DNA of 64,000 nt. Source: Octopus bimaculoides (taxonomy: Eukaryota). The DNA lies in NCBI RefSeq assembly GCF_001194135.2, contig NC_068991.1, forward strand, positions 80,340,959 to 80,404,958, written 5' to 3'. Position numbers and translations under genes: made by a program. Position 1 is the stretch's first letter. Every line of letters begins with the position of its first letter. The notes under the pieces are model-generated. The model ran no database searches. It had not been told where the DNA came from and saw nothing but the letters and a program-made list of their open reading frames with translations. Positions 12,541-26,183 of the stretch are shown here, piece by piece.

Positions 12541-12574
<34 letters not shown>

Positions 12575-13106
12575 TAAATGAGTTACAACTGAATTAAACG
12601 TTCGTCCTTGTAATTCAACCATGGAATACCTTGAGTAGGAAGAAGTCTGAAATCTGCTTAAAACTGCATTTACGAAAATACTAAAACACCTGTAATTTTC
12701 CCAGAATCGAAACAAAGCCTGTTCTTATAGGGCAGACTCATTGCTTCACAACCATGTGGCTTTAAGTTCAATCCCACATTGTGATGGTTTGGATAAGTGC
12801 CTTCTACTTTGACCTTAAATTAACCAATTCTTTGTGAGTGAGATTAGCAGATAGAAACTGTACAGAAGCCCATTGTATATGTGTGTGTGTGTGTGTGCGT
12901 ATGTATTTGTGTGTTTGCATATGTATGTACGTGTGTATGTATACATGTCTGTCTTCACATTGACACACCTCGGGTTGCAGTGCAATTTATTTACATCTTA
13001 CATAATCAACATGTCCTGCAGCTTGGCAGATTACACGCAGGAAACATCTACCCTGTCCCTCCTCTCACTCTCTCTTCCTCTCCATAGACACATTTACTTT
13101 CTCTCA

Positions 13107-13201
<95 letters not shown>

Positions 13202-13662
13202 TCTCTCTTCCCCACACTCTCCTCTTCTTTTTTCATTCTCACATTTACTTCTTCTCCCCTCTCCCTCTTTCCCCCTCTCCCTCTTTCCCCCTCCCTCTCT
13301 TTCTCTCCTTTACCCCTCCTCTCGCTCTCTCTCTCTTTCTTTCTCTCTCTCTCTCTCTTCCTCTCTCATTCTCTTTTTTTCCCTTAGACACAATCATTCT
13401 CTAGACTCAATCTTTAACATCACTGAATATAACAGTTAAACCTCCACAAATTACGAAGCAGAAATATATGTTGAACAACAATCATTAAGATTATTATAAC
13501 TATTGTTGTTGCTATTGTTGTTTTTGTTACTATTATTGCCATCATTTTTTGCTATTGTTATCATTATTGTTGTTATTATTACTATAATTATCAATATTAA
13601 TATTATTTCTATTGTTGTTACAGTCATTACCATTATTTTTGTTGTTGTTATTATTATTATTA

Positions 13663-13696
<34 letters not shown>

Positions 13697-13796
13697 CATT
13701 ATTATTATTATTATTATACCACACAATTACATGACATTTACCACTTATAAACACACAAGAGCATCTGTACTTATCTTGGATTCAAATTTATTTCAG

Positions 13797-13825
13797 TGCG
13801 AGCTGAAGAAGTGAATATCTGCAAG
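13797..13825 (+). CDS. CPNE8: Copine microexon (L-RAEEVNICK), 29 bp, phase 1->0
   Basis: tttatttcag acceptor, gtaaat donor; resembles TAEELNCCR of vertebrate copines. Confidence 0.88.
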
Positions 13826-14180
13826 GTAAATTTCTATATCACTTTAATCTCTTCCGAATCTTTCTTTAACTTTTATGTTTCCATATGTATTTTGTTTTGT
13901 TTCTTTTGTTTGCTTCTTTTTTGTTTAGTTCTATTTTGGTTTCTTAAATTAAAAAAGATTCTTTGTGGCAAAAATACTGTCACACTTAAAAGGTAGGCAC
14001 TTATAAGAGTTTAAAGTTTTATGCAACCATTTCTCTTCTCATTTATGGACATTGTGCAAGTAGTTCGTTTTGTGTGTTATTTGTGTATTGGATTGATTCA
14101 TTAAATGTAATTATGAATTTATAACAAAGAAAGAATGAAACTTTCATCAGAGACCACGATGGGTTTTCTTCTTGAGTAAA

Positions 14181-14262
14181 TATAAAAATTAAGTAAATAG
14201 TGTAATACGCATATGTTAAATTCATTTAACATTTAACATATGCGTATTACTCCATTTACTTA

Positions 14263-14270
<8 letters not shown>
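14181..14270. repeat. Near-perfect hairpin, ~40-bp arms
   Basis: 14202-14221 is the exact reverse complement of 14231-14250; pairing extends outward through aattaagtaaat/atttacttaatt. Confidence 0.9.
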
Positions 14271-14324
<54 letters not shown>

Positions 14325-14683
14325 TTATGTACATACACCTCGAAGCATGCAGACACATACCTATGTAATGAAGACAGTTCTTTACTCCTCCTGCCATTAA
14401 CCATAAAGAAACATACCTTGCTAAATGATTTATCATGCTAAATGAGTGATCATACTGAATGATCGATCATGATTTCTTTTGATCATGCTAAATGACTGAT
14501 CATGATTTCTTTTATGATGGTATTCTAATAATTATTTATACTTTCCTTTTAAAATTCTCTTAATAATTCTCTTTTACATATTTATCGCAGCATTTAATTT
14601 TCTCAGCAAAAGTTGTTGCTTTCAATTCGGAGTAGAAAATTTCAAGCTAAGAATATTAAAACATACAAAAAAATACAATTCTC

Positions 14684-14743
<60 letters not shown>

Positions 14744-16120
14744 NNNNNNNNNNATATATATGTCTATATATGTACGTATGTGTATGTATGTATGTGTATA
14801 TATGTAGATAGATATATGTGTATGTATGTATGTGTATATATGTAGATAGATATATATATATATATATCTATGTATGTATGTATGTATGTATGTATCACTC
14901 ATCAAAGTTATATCTTTATTTGGCCTTAAAAATGGTGAATTGTAGTTAATTGTTATCCTTCTGTTTCAAGGAGGACTAAAAGAAATATTGCTGATAAAAA
15001 TATTCATTCTTCCTGTCTTCAACATCAGCCGTCATTTCATGTTTTTTTTTTCTTTTTTAATTTTCGTCTATATTTTCTTTTCTTTTATAAGCTCCTATCT
15101 TTTACCTTTCCGTCGTTTTTACGGTTTTGCACCGTTCACACATATGTTTGATCTGAATTTGTTGTCTTAGTATTTATCTCTCTTTCTTTTCCCACTCTCT
15201 GTGTGTGCCTTTCTCTTTCTCTCTTTATCTCTAATGTTCTCTCTTTCTTTCCAACTCCTTCTTCCCACATACATCAACAATTTCTTTCTTTTCTTGTCAT
15301 CATTTCTCTAACCGACCAACTCGTTACCATTGTCAGCACTATAATAGCTATACTAAAATGACAGACATTATATAAATCATGATATATCATAAGTCTTCCT
15401 GATTTCTCTCTAGGATTCCTGCCATGTTATAAGCAGGATTAATTTCTAAGTATAAATGACAGTTCTTTAATATTTTATCCCAAAACCAACATTGGTATCT
15501 CTAAGAATTTCTTACATTGGCACTGAGCCACACATTTACAGGAGAGTGGTGGAGAATAATCAGATAAATTGCCTTGGAAAATTACTGGTACTTATTTTAT
15601 AGAGTATAAAGTTTATCGTGGAAGAATTCGAACTCATAACCTTTAGTACAATTTCAAATTATTAAAAACTTTCACATAAAGAACCTTTGTTAAGGACACA
15701 GCATATTGTCATCAACAATATCCTTCCTCCCTTTCTTCGTTGAACCCTTGGCATCACAAAGACTTTGTCACATCCTTTGCTAATGTCTTGCATTTCCTTC
15801 ATAAGGACTTTGTTACCAAAATCTTTATTCAAAACACAAACGCATTGAAGGAATTTGTGAGAAGACGTCAGTCCTTGGTTCTAAATTTCATACTCTGAAA
15901 GTACGCAAGGTTGACCTCTGTAGAAATTGAACACAGGACATAAAGGCCCCAGAACAATGCCTTGAAATACTTATCAGAGCATCAGATTCAGTATCAGGCC
16001 TTGCATTGCACATTGTCTCCATTCAATGTCCATGTTGTGCTGCCATACAACATTACACTTTGCACACAAACATACATTTAAAAAAAGACAGTAATGAGGT
16101 TATTGCATACACTGCTCAGG

Positions 16121-16690
16121 TGCACCACAACTACTCAGACGCAGTACAACTGCTCCGACACACGACAACTGCTCCGGCACACTACAACTGCTCCGGCACA
16201 CTACAACTGCTCCGGCACACTACAACTGCTCAGGCACACTACAACTGCTCGTGCACACAACTGCTCAGGCACGCTACGACTACTCAGGTACACTACAACT
16301 GCTCCGGGGTACTACAACTACTCAGAAGCTCAGGTGCACTACAACTGCTCATGCGCATTACAACTACTCGGGCATACTAAAACTGCTCAGGCACACTACA
16401 AGTGCTGGGGCGAACTACAAGTGCTCAGACACACTGCAACTGCTCAGGCATAATATAACTGCTCAGAAGCCCTACAACTGATCAGGTACAATATAACTGC
16501 TCAGGCACATTAAAACCGCTCAGACACACTACAACAGATCAGGCACATTACATCTACTCAGGCTCATTGTAACTGGTCAGGGACACTGCTACGGGTCAGG
16601 CACACTACAACTGCTAAGGCACACCACAACTGCTCAGGCATACTACAACTACTCGGTGCTCTACAACTGCTCAAGTACACTACAACTAGC
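16121..16690 (+). repeat. Minisatellite, ~19-bp unit (acaactgctcaggcacact), roughly 30 degenerate copies
   Basis: Direct inspection; head-to-tail units with no unique spacers. Confidence 0.92.
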
Positions 16691-16845
16691 CAAGTGCTCA
16701 GCAACTTCCCAAATACACAACTTCATCATTCTTCACGTGTTTACATCAACAGGCAAAATATTCTGTTTTTATGAAAGTTAATGCATTAAAATTCATTCAG
16801 TAATTGAAGTGTCTGATAACAATTGTTTGCTTTTATTTGCTTTAG

Positions 16846-16949
16846 GACAAATTAACTTTACAGTTCCAAGCTACTAACTTGGATAAAAAAGATTTCTTTG
16901 GAAAATCAGATCCCTTTTTAATATTCTACCGTGCTAATGAGGATAGAAG
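16846..16949 (+). CDS. CPNE8: Copine exon, C2B ([34 protein letters not shown]), phase 0->2
   Basis: tttag acceptor, gttagt donor, 104 bp, hallmark [12 protein letters not shown]. Confidence 0.96.
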
Positions 16950-17015
16950 GTTAGTATGTGTTTTTGTTAATTTGAAATAATTGATTTCATCATTTCGAAA
17001 ATGCTAACATTTCAG

Positions 17016-17081
17016 GGTAACAAATATTGAAGGAAAATCAAATCTCTTTTTAATATTCTACTGTGCTAATAAAGATAACAG
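17016..17081 (+). other. Partial tandem duplicate of copine exon 16846-16949; possible cassette exon or pseudo-exon
   Basis: 17032-17086 matches 16900-16954 at 48/55 nt; tttcag acceptor, gttagg donor, 66 bp, open in the copine frame. Confidence 0.6.
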
Positions 17082-20000
17082 GTTAGGAAATCAGATCCCA
17101 AATTAAGCAGTTTATTTTCTTGCTAGAAAAAATATGAATTTAACGTGACAAATATTGAAGGACAAAAAGAAAGTCTGTGGTGAGAAATAAACAAAAGATT
17201 GAGGATAGTTATATGTGCTCCATGAAGGCAGCAAAAATCAATAAGGTTTGCAAATATTAAAGAAAAAAAGCCACTACTCCAAAACATTAGATTTCAAATG
17301 ATAGTCATTAGTTTGACCTCTGGTCTAAACAACAATACTACATTAGCCAATGAAGGAGACTCTACTTAGTTGCTGAATCTGCTAGAAACAGCAACCAAAT
17401 CTCACTCAATTTCCCATCATGTTATCCTTCAAAAGGAAGGGAACATTGGTTAATGTAATCCTAGTGTACTGTGTCCAGGAAAAAAGTAGGATTGTTATAA
17501 CTGGAGAACTTTTTTATCAGAAGCCTGCTTTATCAGACTTGGTCCCATCTAAGACAGAAGCCACAACACTGAATACAAATATATCCAGATTTTTACATTT
17601 TTTATTACCCAATATTATCTTCAGATTAAACATTAAAAATCAAAGATGTTATAACATCTTATTTCTCATTCTTCATTCCTTAAAAGCAAAACGAAAACAA
17701 AGTAAATGCTTATCTTTGTTTTGTGTCCATATCTGAATATTTAAAATGTAGTAACATTTTGTTTAATAAACATTAGGGTTACTGTCCTTGATCTTTTTAG
17801 CTTACATTTTGAACATCTTTACAGGGAGTTTTTGTCTATTAATTGCTTCGATAACCTCGGTTGATAGAAGTTTCCGTCTCACTATAATACATACGTAAAA
17901 CTTTGCTGTTTTTGTATTTAGCAGACACCCCACCCCTTCCTGGGGTATTTTTCTTCACCCATATTTTTCTTGCAGTCATTAAATTCATGGTCATTTAACC
18001 ATCTATGATTTTTCCACTTAATACCATATTCAGCTGCCTTTTATCATGTTAAAATCCATGATTAGCAGAGGAACTGTGACAGATTACATTCCTGGAAAAC
18101 ATCAGGGGTGATGTCTAAGTATCTAGTGTTTTCATTTTCCATGTTCACACAGCAACTGGACAACGGGTGAACACTTGCAACAATTCAAATAGAGTTCTCT
18201 GGGATCCTGTAGAATTTGAATTTTTTGATATTCTTTGTAGATGCTTCATGAATGTTGTTGAATATTTTTTGAAATCAATAAACTTTATTGATGGTGGTCC
18301 ACTGTTCATTGATATTCTACGTTGTAAAGAAATCTGAATGAAATTCAATGCAGCGATTACAAAAACCGTTGAGAATGACCAAGAAACAAGAGACACAATG
18401 TTAATGGTGGTTTGAAGGTCAGCCGATTGAAGACACGATGTGATTTGTTTAATTTGGTGGTACTGGAGTCACAGAAACCGTGGTCAAATACAGAATTGGT
18501 AAAGACGACAGTAGTATTTCAGGAAATGTGAAAAGATCTGGTCCAGAAACCTGCTGGACACCAGCTGGACACCAGCATCAAGATCCATCCAATGCAATAG
18601 CATTTCACTACAAATGGTATTAAATGAACAAGCATGGGCGGGATGAGTTAACTTAACATATTTTCAATATTCAAGACCACAGCCTCCAGCTTATGTGGCT
18701 CATTGTATAGGCTGTGATATTTAGTGAAATAAAACTTATTTGTCAGAACATTAAGGAATAATCAATCAAAATATGTCATACCTGTGGCTATACAAATGTA
18801 AATTGAAAGCAGCTTCTTTGTCTTGCCTCACATTGATTTATAAAGATATTTCAAATAATCATTTATTTTGTTTGAATATGCAGCCCAGAGCATATTGTCT
18901 GCTACTTAAGTGATGTTAAAATAACTTTGAAAAATTCAATGGTTGTTTATAAATTCAAACTTTATGTGGCTTAAAATTTTCAGTTTTTCTAATGTTTTGT
19001 GAGAAACCAAAAAGAAAAAGAATAAGTGAGATATGTATTTTATTTTTTTTATTTTTTTCTGTATTTGCATGGAGGGATGGATTGGCAAAATTGCGAGAAT
19101 ATTTAACAAAATGACTCCTGGTACCTTGTTACTGTCCAATACATTCTGGGTTTATATATTCATAAGACGGTCAACTGGCAGAAATGTTAACACGCTGGAC
19201 GAACTGCTTAACGGTATTTCGTCTGTCTTTACATTCTGAGTTCAAATTCCGCCAAGGTCGACTTTGCCTTTCATCCTTTCAGGGTCGATAAATTAAGTAC
19301 CAGTTGTATACTGGGTCGATGTAATCGACTGGGCTCCTCCCCCAAATTTCGGGCCTTATGCCTAGAGTAGAAAAGAAAAGAAGCCTGTAGTATACATCCA
19401 AGCATACACATACATTCACACACACACACGCCACACACACACACATATAGACATATATTTATATGTATATATATGTATATATATACACACATAGATGTTT
19501 ATATGTATATATATATATACACATATGTACATATATTTATCTAATCTGAAGTGAAAACAGCATGTTCTCTGTCTATCTCCTTACCTTCTTGGAGATTTTA
19601 GGTAAAGTTATACTAATGTGTCCATCTGTTTTCATTTACTTAAATTCTATGTCCTTATGCAGCTAAGAATTGCTCTGCATTTAAATTGATATAATGATTG
19701 CATTGTTCAACTAAATGGAGTTGTTTGAAACGATCGTACTGCATTACCTCTGGATATCCTTGTTGCTTACTTTGATTTTATATTTATATGTGTATATATG
19801 TGTGTGTGTATATATACACACATATATATGTATAATATATATATATATATATATATATACGTGTACATGTGTGTGCATCTCTGTACCCTTCCTTTGACAT
19901 AATCTGATGGCTGTAAAGGAGCAGAATATGTTTCCAATTTTCCCCTGACCACGATGAAATATTACTTTGTTTGGAAGCAGGCAATGGTTGGTCACATGGA

Positions 20001-22028
20001 CATCCAGCTGCAGAAAATCGACCTCAATGAATTCAATCTGTGTTATGGAAGCCTGGAAAAGTGGCCATTAAAATTATGATGAGATGATTTTTAACATATC
20101 ATATAGGAACAAGTGGTACAATGCGACCATCTTATCTATTTTATCTAGCATTTCCTTGTTTAAGACAGTAAGCTGTGATTTGCGAAGAAGAAAATCCAAC
20201 TGCCATATCTAGAAGGTTAAGCAACTGCATAAAGGCCTCCGTTGTTGGTTTTTCTCACATTTAGTTTGAATCTTGTCTTGGCCTCCAGCTTGGCAAGTTC
20301 AAGTGTTTGAGGAATATGAAATTACCCTTAGTCACTAATACTCTTTGTTCTGCTCTGGTATGGAGTGGTAGTACCCATGAATGGGTCAGATAACAGATAT
20401 TCTTGTGATTAAGATATACAGAACCCAAAGGAGGGCTGACAACTAGACATGTATTATATAGTGTATGTTACATTCCAGAAGTGTGTACACATGCATTGAT
20501 GTCTTATGAACCAATTACTCTGCCTAAATATTGAATAGGACTTGTGCCTCAAAGATGAGCTGAAGGGAGCAAGTGACAGAGTAAACTGTCACCAAATCAG
20601 TATTATGACACAAAAACCACTGCTGTATCTGTCCCTGCAAAAATCACTTCAGACTTTAGTATGCAGGGCTACAAATACGGACACCTGTAAAACAGAGACA
20701 CGGGGAAAGAAAGAAGTCTAAACCCATCGACCAACGCAAGGGATTTATTTATGCTTCTGTATTCACCATCATGTCTTTCTTAACAAATGTTCATTTCAAA
20801 AGTAAAATCCCAAGATCCAGGCAATAATTCATCTATGGAAGTATTTAGAGTCGGCCAAAACCCATGAAGTCTGAATGCATAAACTAGGCATAAACTAATG
20901 GCTTCACATGTAGCGCCAACTGCAATTTTATACTTTGTGACTTTTGGCTCGTCCTTCAAAAAACGCTAAGTTTGGTTCCCATGTGTAGCGAAGTATCTAA
21001 CATTCTGGGTCTTTTCTCTTCATCTGAAAACGAGCATGACATAGAAAATGGTGTTGGTTGTATTTACTAACTTACAGCTGAAATAACTGCAAAAGGTGAA
21101 GAGCTGGAAACTTTAGAATTTTCACTTATCAGGGCAATTGATTTAATCAAATGTTCTGAGAGCTGTCCATTTGCTGGTCTGTTTTTCTATTTATCTCCAT
21201 ACTCTGGTATGTGCATGTATTTGTGGAAGACTGTGTGTGTACCTGTGCAAAAGTATTCTTCTTAATCCTCCTTCTCCTCCTCCTCCTCCTCTTGTTACCA
21301 TATTTCCATCGAAATACATTGTTTTCCTTTCAATTAATTTTGAAAGTAATAAAGAATTTAGTAAAATAAATTTCTCATTATTAAACAGATATTTGGAACA
21401 TAAATTAACTTGCTATTTAGATGAAAGGATTTCATTTAGATCACTTTAAATTGGAATTTATTTCATAGTACCAGAGTTAGTCTCAAACAATTTAGTATCC
21501 AGAAAAATAGTTAAACCGTAAACTTAGAGACCAAATCAATCAAAATGTAGAAAAGAGAAACATGGAAGATGAAACTTATTCAGCCACAACAATATTTATG
21601 AGAAATAAAGACTACAATTTACTTATATATTCATATATTTAATTTCGTTGTCAGTCATACAGTTTTTAATAAAATACAGAAATACCCTCAAACTGACAGC
21701 AAGTTGCGAATCTTAAGAAATCCTGAAGACAAATCTTAGGAAAGAGTATTATAATTAAACATTCCTTGTTCAAATTTGATTTCAAGAATATGACATATTA
21801 GAAAAATATTCTACTACTGCTACTACTACAACTGCTGCTGCAGCTACTACCACCACAACTACTACTACTTCTTCTTCTTCTTCTTCGCTCTGTTACCACT
21901 CCAAAATTGATCTGAATGTAACAACTTTAAGATAGCGATTATTTATAGTTGAAGAGATTTGGAATTAATAATGCATTATCTATTAATATTTGGTAGCTAT
22001 TAGCTATGTGTATATAACTCCAAGCAAG

Positions 22029-22080
<52 letters not shown>

Positions 22081-22249
22081 CTTCCATGGAAAACTGCAAA
22101 CAGTACTGAATGTAGGTCAAGTTCATTCCTCTTTTTATGTCCCTGAAAAAAATTAATAAGCGGAACCATTTCTACGATACTAGCATGACTATATTGGTTA
22201 AGAAGTCTCCTTTTCAACGGTTTGAGTGGCAACTCAGGCAAGTATTTTC

Positions 22250-23304
22250 AACTATAGCCCCAGGCCAAGCAAAGACCTATGAATGAATTTCATAGACAAA
22301 TTGAAAGAAGACCAATGTCAATATTCATTCATACAGATATGTGAAGGCTCAGGGAACACAGCGAACTGATGCACCGATAATGGCATTCTCGCTCTTGTGC
22401 GGCGGGACAAGAAAAACGTCTGCTTGTTACCCACAATGCATTCTGCAAGCATGAGGGACACTTGGAAATAAGATACGGACGGTAATGCCATAATTAAACT
22501 GAGTGTAGTTGTTTCATACAATGAAGGGATGGGCGGGGTCGATCGCTCAGATCAGCTGGTGATGACACACAAATCGGCGAGAAAATTTGGGCAAAGAATT
22601 TTCTTGTACATTTTCTTGTACATGTGTGTTGTGAACTCACATTTGATTTGGCAGATACTTGGAGGTGTCGGGGTTGAAGTGACATCCAGGAATCTATAGT
22701 TCCGTGAAATGATAGAAGCATCAGACCTGTCAAAGTACGGAACGCGTAGACGTCCCCACGCTGGACTCTTTCCTCATCGCATGGTGAAGGGACGTGGACA
22801 TTATCCACGACTGTTTTCACCCACCGTTAAGAAGACAAATGCTTCAAAGAGATGCACAGTGTTTAAAGCAAACGGGAAACGTAAGGAAACTAGATACCAT
22901 TGTTCACAATGTGATATACCACTGTGTGTGTGGCACCTTGTTTTGAACTCTATCACACTAAAGTCAATTTTTGAATTCACGTGATTGTAAATACATGAAG
23001 TTGATCTGACTTGTGCTGTCCAGTGATCTTATTCAGGAATAAAACCGCTTGAGCGTCCTGCACAAGCATATAGTTTAGGTAAATGAACAGTACTTGCACT
23101 AAAGCGGTTGACGTAAATATATGCCGGACGTTATCCCGCATTGAGTGCTGATCTCAATCGGGGGACGATTACCGTTGCCGCGCGCAGGCAACCGAATGAA
23201 TCCCCACCGTAAACTGGTTGAAGCGATTGATGTAAATATACGCCGAACCATTGTCGTGCGTTAATTGCTGATCTCATTCGAGATGATTACCGTCAATGCA
23301 GGGG
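22250..23304 (+). mobile_element. piggyBac 3' half, decayed transposase
   Basis: Remnants DKKNVCLL.TMH, YNEGMGGVDRSDQ, C-terminal KRC..F..KRKETRYHCSQCDIPLC; ends AGGGG followed by TTAA at 23305-23308. Confidence 0.88.
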
Positions 23305-23340
23305 TTAACAATTGTTTTTCAGCTTAGTAAAACTTTCTTA

Positions 23341-23852
23341 CTATTTTTTCTCTATCTTTACGATCTTTTATTTTCTATGTTATTAACGATAGATATATGA
23401 TTCTCCTTATTATCCACTAGTCACTTTTTAATATCTTTCTAAATTTCCCTTCCCTTCTTAGAAAATTGTCTGATTAATTTCTATTAATTTCATTCTTATT
23501 GTCTTCCATACTTTAAAGGTTACTTTTTTTAAAGATTTACTTACATCTTTGAACTTATATCTTTTTAATTGAACGTTGTTCATATTTCTCTTGTTACTAT
23601 CGATCCCTACATTTCGTAAGCATCGTCTCTAAGAACTTTTATTAGCTTCACTTTGTTATTATTTTTTTCTCTACCTTTACGATCTTTTATTTTTTAAGTT
23701 ATTAATGATAAATATATCATTTTCCTTTTCTTATACGATAATTATATACAAGTTACTTTTCAATATCTTTCTAAAATTTCCCTTCCCTTTTTAGAAAACT
23801 CTCTTATTAATTTCTATTAATTTTATTTTTATTGTCTTCCATCTTTTTAAAG
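23341..23852. repeat. Diverged direct duplication of ~180-190 bp (23341-23520 vs 23659-23852)
   Basis: Shared blocks tctttacgatcttt, aatatctttctaaa(a)tttcccttccct, ttaatttctattaattt and attgtcttccat. Confidence 0.75.
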
Positions 23853-24326
23853 TTCTTTTTCTTGAAGTTTTGACTTTTGTGTTCCTGAAGCGTTTATGTC
23901 GGATGATTATCTTTTAAGGTGGATTTCTTTTAATCTGAACAGTTAGGTTAATATCTGCATTAATTTGAAGACTGTTTATATTAATGCAGACTACCTTTCA
24001 TTTTTGGGGATCGATAAAATAAGTACCAGTTGAGCACTGGGGTTGATGAAATCGACTTACCCCCTCCTCCCCAAACTGCTGGTCATGTGGCAGCATTCAG
24101 CAACTTAATTATGGCAGCATCCACCAACTTAAACAGGGAGACCATCCAAAGAGTTGGAAGAGATGCCGAAGCCGTCTAGAGGCCGTGGTTGAAGCCAATG
24201 GCGATTTTATTGAATAAATTTATTCTATAGTATTTCAAGATATTTTTATGTAATTTTGGTAAATTTATCTGTTAAAATGAGTTTTCAGTGTTATTTTCAT
24301 TTAGACAATTTATTCACCGCACCCTT

Positions 24327-24382
<56 letters not shown>

Positions 24383-24845
24383 TAGTGTATACTAGAATGA
24401 CCTGTCATAACGCTTTTTCATCTTTTTTACATCTATTTGCAAAGACGAGTCTTTACTGAAGCATTAAAGGATCATCAGACAATATATGGAGGCAATGCAA
24501 TGCCAAGCCTCTGTCTTTTCGTTTATTGGAAGAAAAGGTAAAGAAATTGATATTAGGAAAGGCATCTTGTCATAGAAACCATTCAAAAGCAGACATTTGA
24601 GCATGACGTAGCCATACGACTCTTCAGATTCTGTCGGATCATTCAAACAATACAAGCGTAGAAGCCGGTATTAAATGATGATGATGATGACGATGATGAT
24701 GACGATGATGACGATGTCGATGACGATGTCGATGACGATGACGATGATGACGGTGACGACGTTGACGGTGACGTTGACGGTGATGGTGATGAAATCCAAG
24801 ATAGTCAAAAGCGAACCACTTTATCATTTCCCTTGTATTTTGTAG

Positions 24846-24950
24846 TTTTACAGCAGTACATAAAACTGAAGTTATCAAGAACACCTTAAACCCAACATGG
24901 CAGCCGTTTAGTGTGATGGCTAGCGTTTTGTGCAATGGAGATTACGATAG
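24846..24950 (+). CDS. CPNE8: Copine exon, C2B ([35 protein letters not shown]), phase 2->2
   Basis: ttgtag acceptor, gtaaga donor, 105 bp, KTEV.KNTLNP.W motif. Confidence 0.96.
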
Positions 24951-26099
24951 GTAAGACACACCTCTTTTACTTGTATCACTTTTGCTATTCTTACTTCGAG
25001 GTTTCCATTAATGTTTCTTCGTCTCTTTTACGTTTGCTTCAACCTACGTTGGGTGTGTATGCATTGCATCTGGGAGGATAGCCCTGGTTCGGGAGTTTCA
25101 AGGTTTTCAGGAGTGCGGGACCACCTCTTATCTCCTATTGTTCGCTCTGGCCATGAGTAGTAGCACCGCTTAGGGTTCCTGCCATGGGTTAAATAACATG
25201 TGAATCAAGTTACGCTCGAATCAGGTCACGTTGAAATCCTGGGATGCAGCATGGTGGCTATAAACTATTTCGGAAAATGAATCTGGGTACATGGGGATTA
25301 ACACATACTTTAAGAAATTCTTATTTCTTATATTTAATTGTTTATGTAATGATTTTATTTACTCCATCTATCCGGATTTTGTGAACACCCTGTAGAATGT
25401 ATAATTTTCACGTTCATATTTAAATTTTTCGCGTTTCAATTTTTTTTTGTTTTTTACTCATTCCCAAAGTTGCTGGACATATAGCGATACGTAAAACCGA
25501 ATCAGAAAATCTCTAGTGAGACTTTTTTATTTTCTTATTTATTTAATTATCCCAAGAGACCCAGAACGGGTCGAAACATGTCGTACTAAATAAAATCTCT
25601 TACTCATTCCATCCATCTATTTTATTAATACTGTGATATATATATATATATATATATATATAGTCAAAATGGGGATATTTAAACTCCTTATAGGGATATT
25701 TATTCAAGATACACTGGTTTAATATATTAAATTTTGAATATGTTATGTAGAATATCGTAATATATCAAACATTTTTATCGAGTTAGAAAACAGAGATCTA
25801 AGGGATACGCCTCACCCACAAGTGTTTGAAACAATTGTATCCATTAAATCTCTCTGTTTTCTAACTCAATGTGTATATATATAAATATATATATACATAT
25901 ATATATATAGTTGCGCCATTGATTTCGGGAGTATCCCTTAGATAATGGACAAATAAGGACTAAAGGCGATGGACAGCAGTATACATGTGAGACAGAAAAC
26001 CACGTGCGGAAACAAACACTACATTAACATAGGATACATGTATTATACATATTCATATACAGATGCATGTAGATAAATATATATATAAACACACGCACG

Positions 26100-26183
<84 letters not shown>

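Noticed and set aside
12873-13814. ORFs of poly-SL, poly-I, poly-HT, poly-YI, poly-E and similar throughout the track
   Set aside because: These are translations of microsatellites, with no splice or homology support.
13762-13825. Alternative 64-bp exon using the AG at 13760-13761, which would also fit the frame
   Set aside because: Poor polypyrimidine tract and no copine similarity in ICTYLGFKFIS. The 32-bp exon at 11422 restores GKII with strong splice sites.
15105-15160. Minus-strand ACGG/CCGT stem resembling a hammerhead; a similar one at ~25910-25940
   Set aside because: Core boxes are too degenerate to distinguish from chance.
16121-16690. Short repeat array superficially like CRISPR
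   Set aside because: Units are head-to-tail without unique spacers, there are no cas genes, and the context is eukaryotic.
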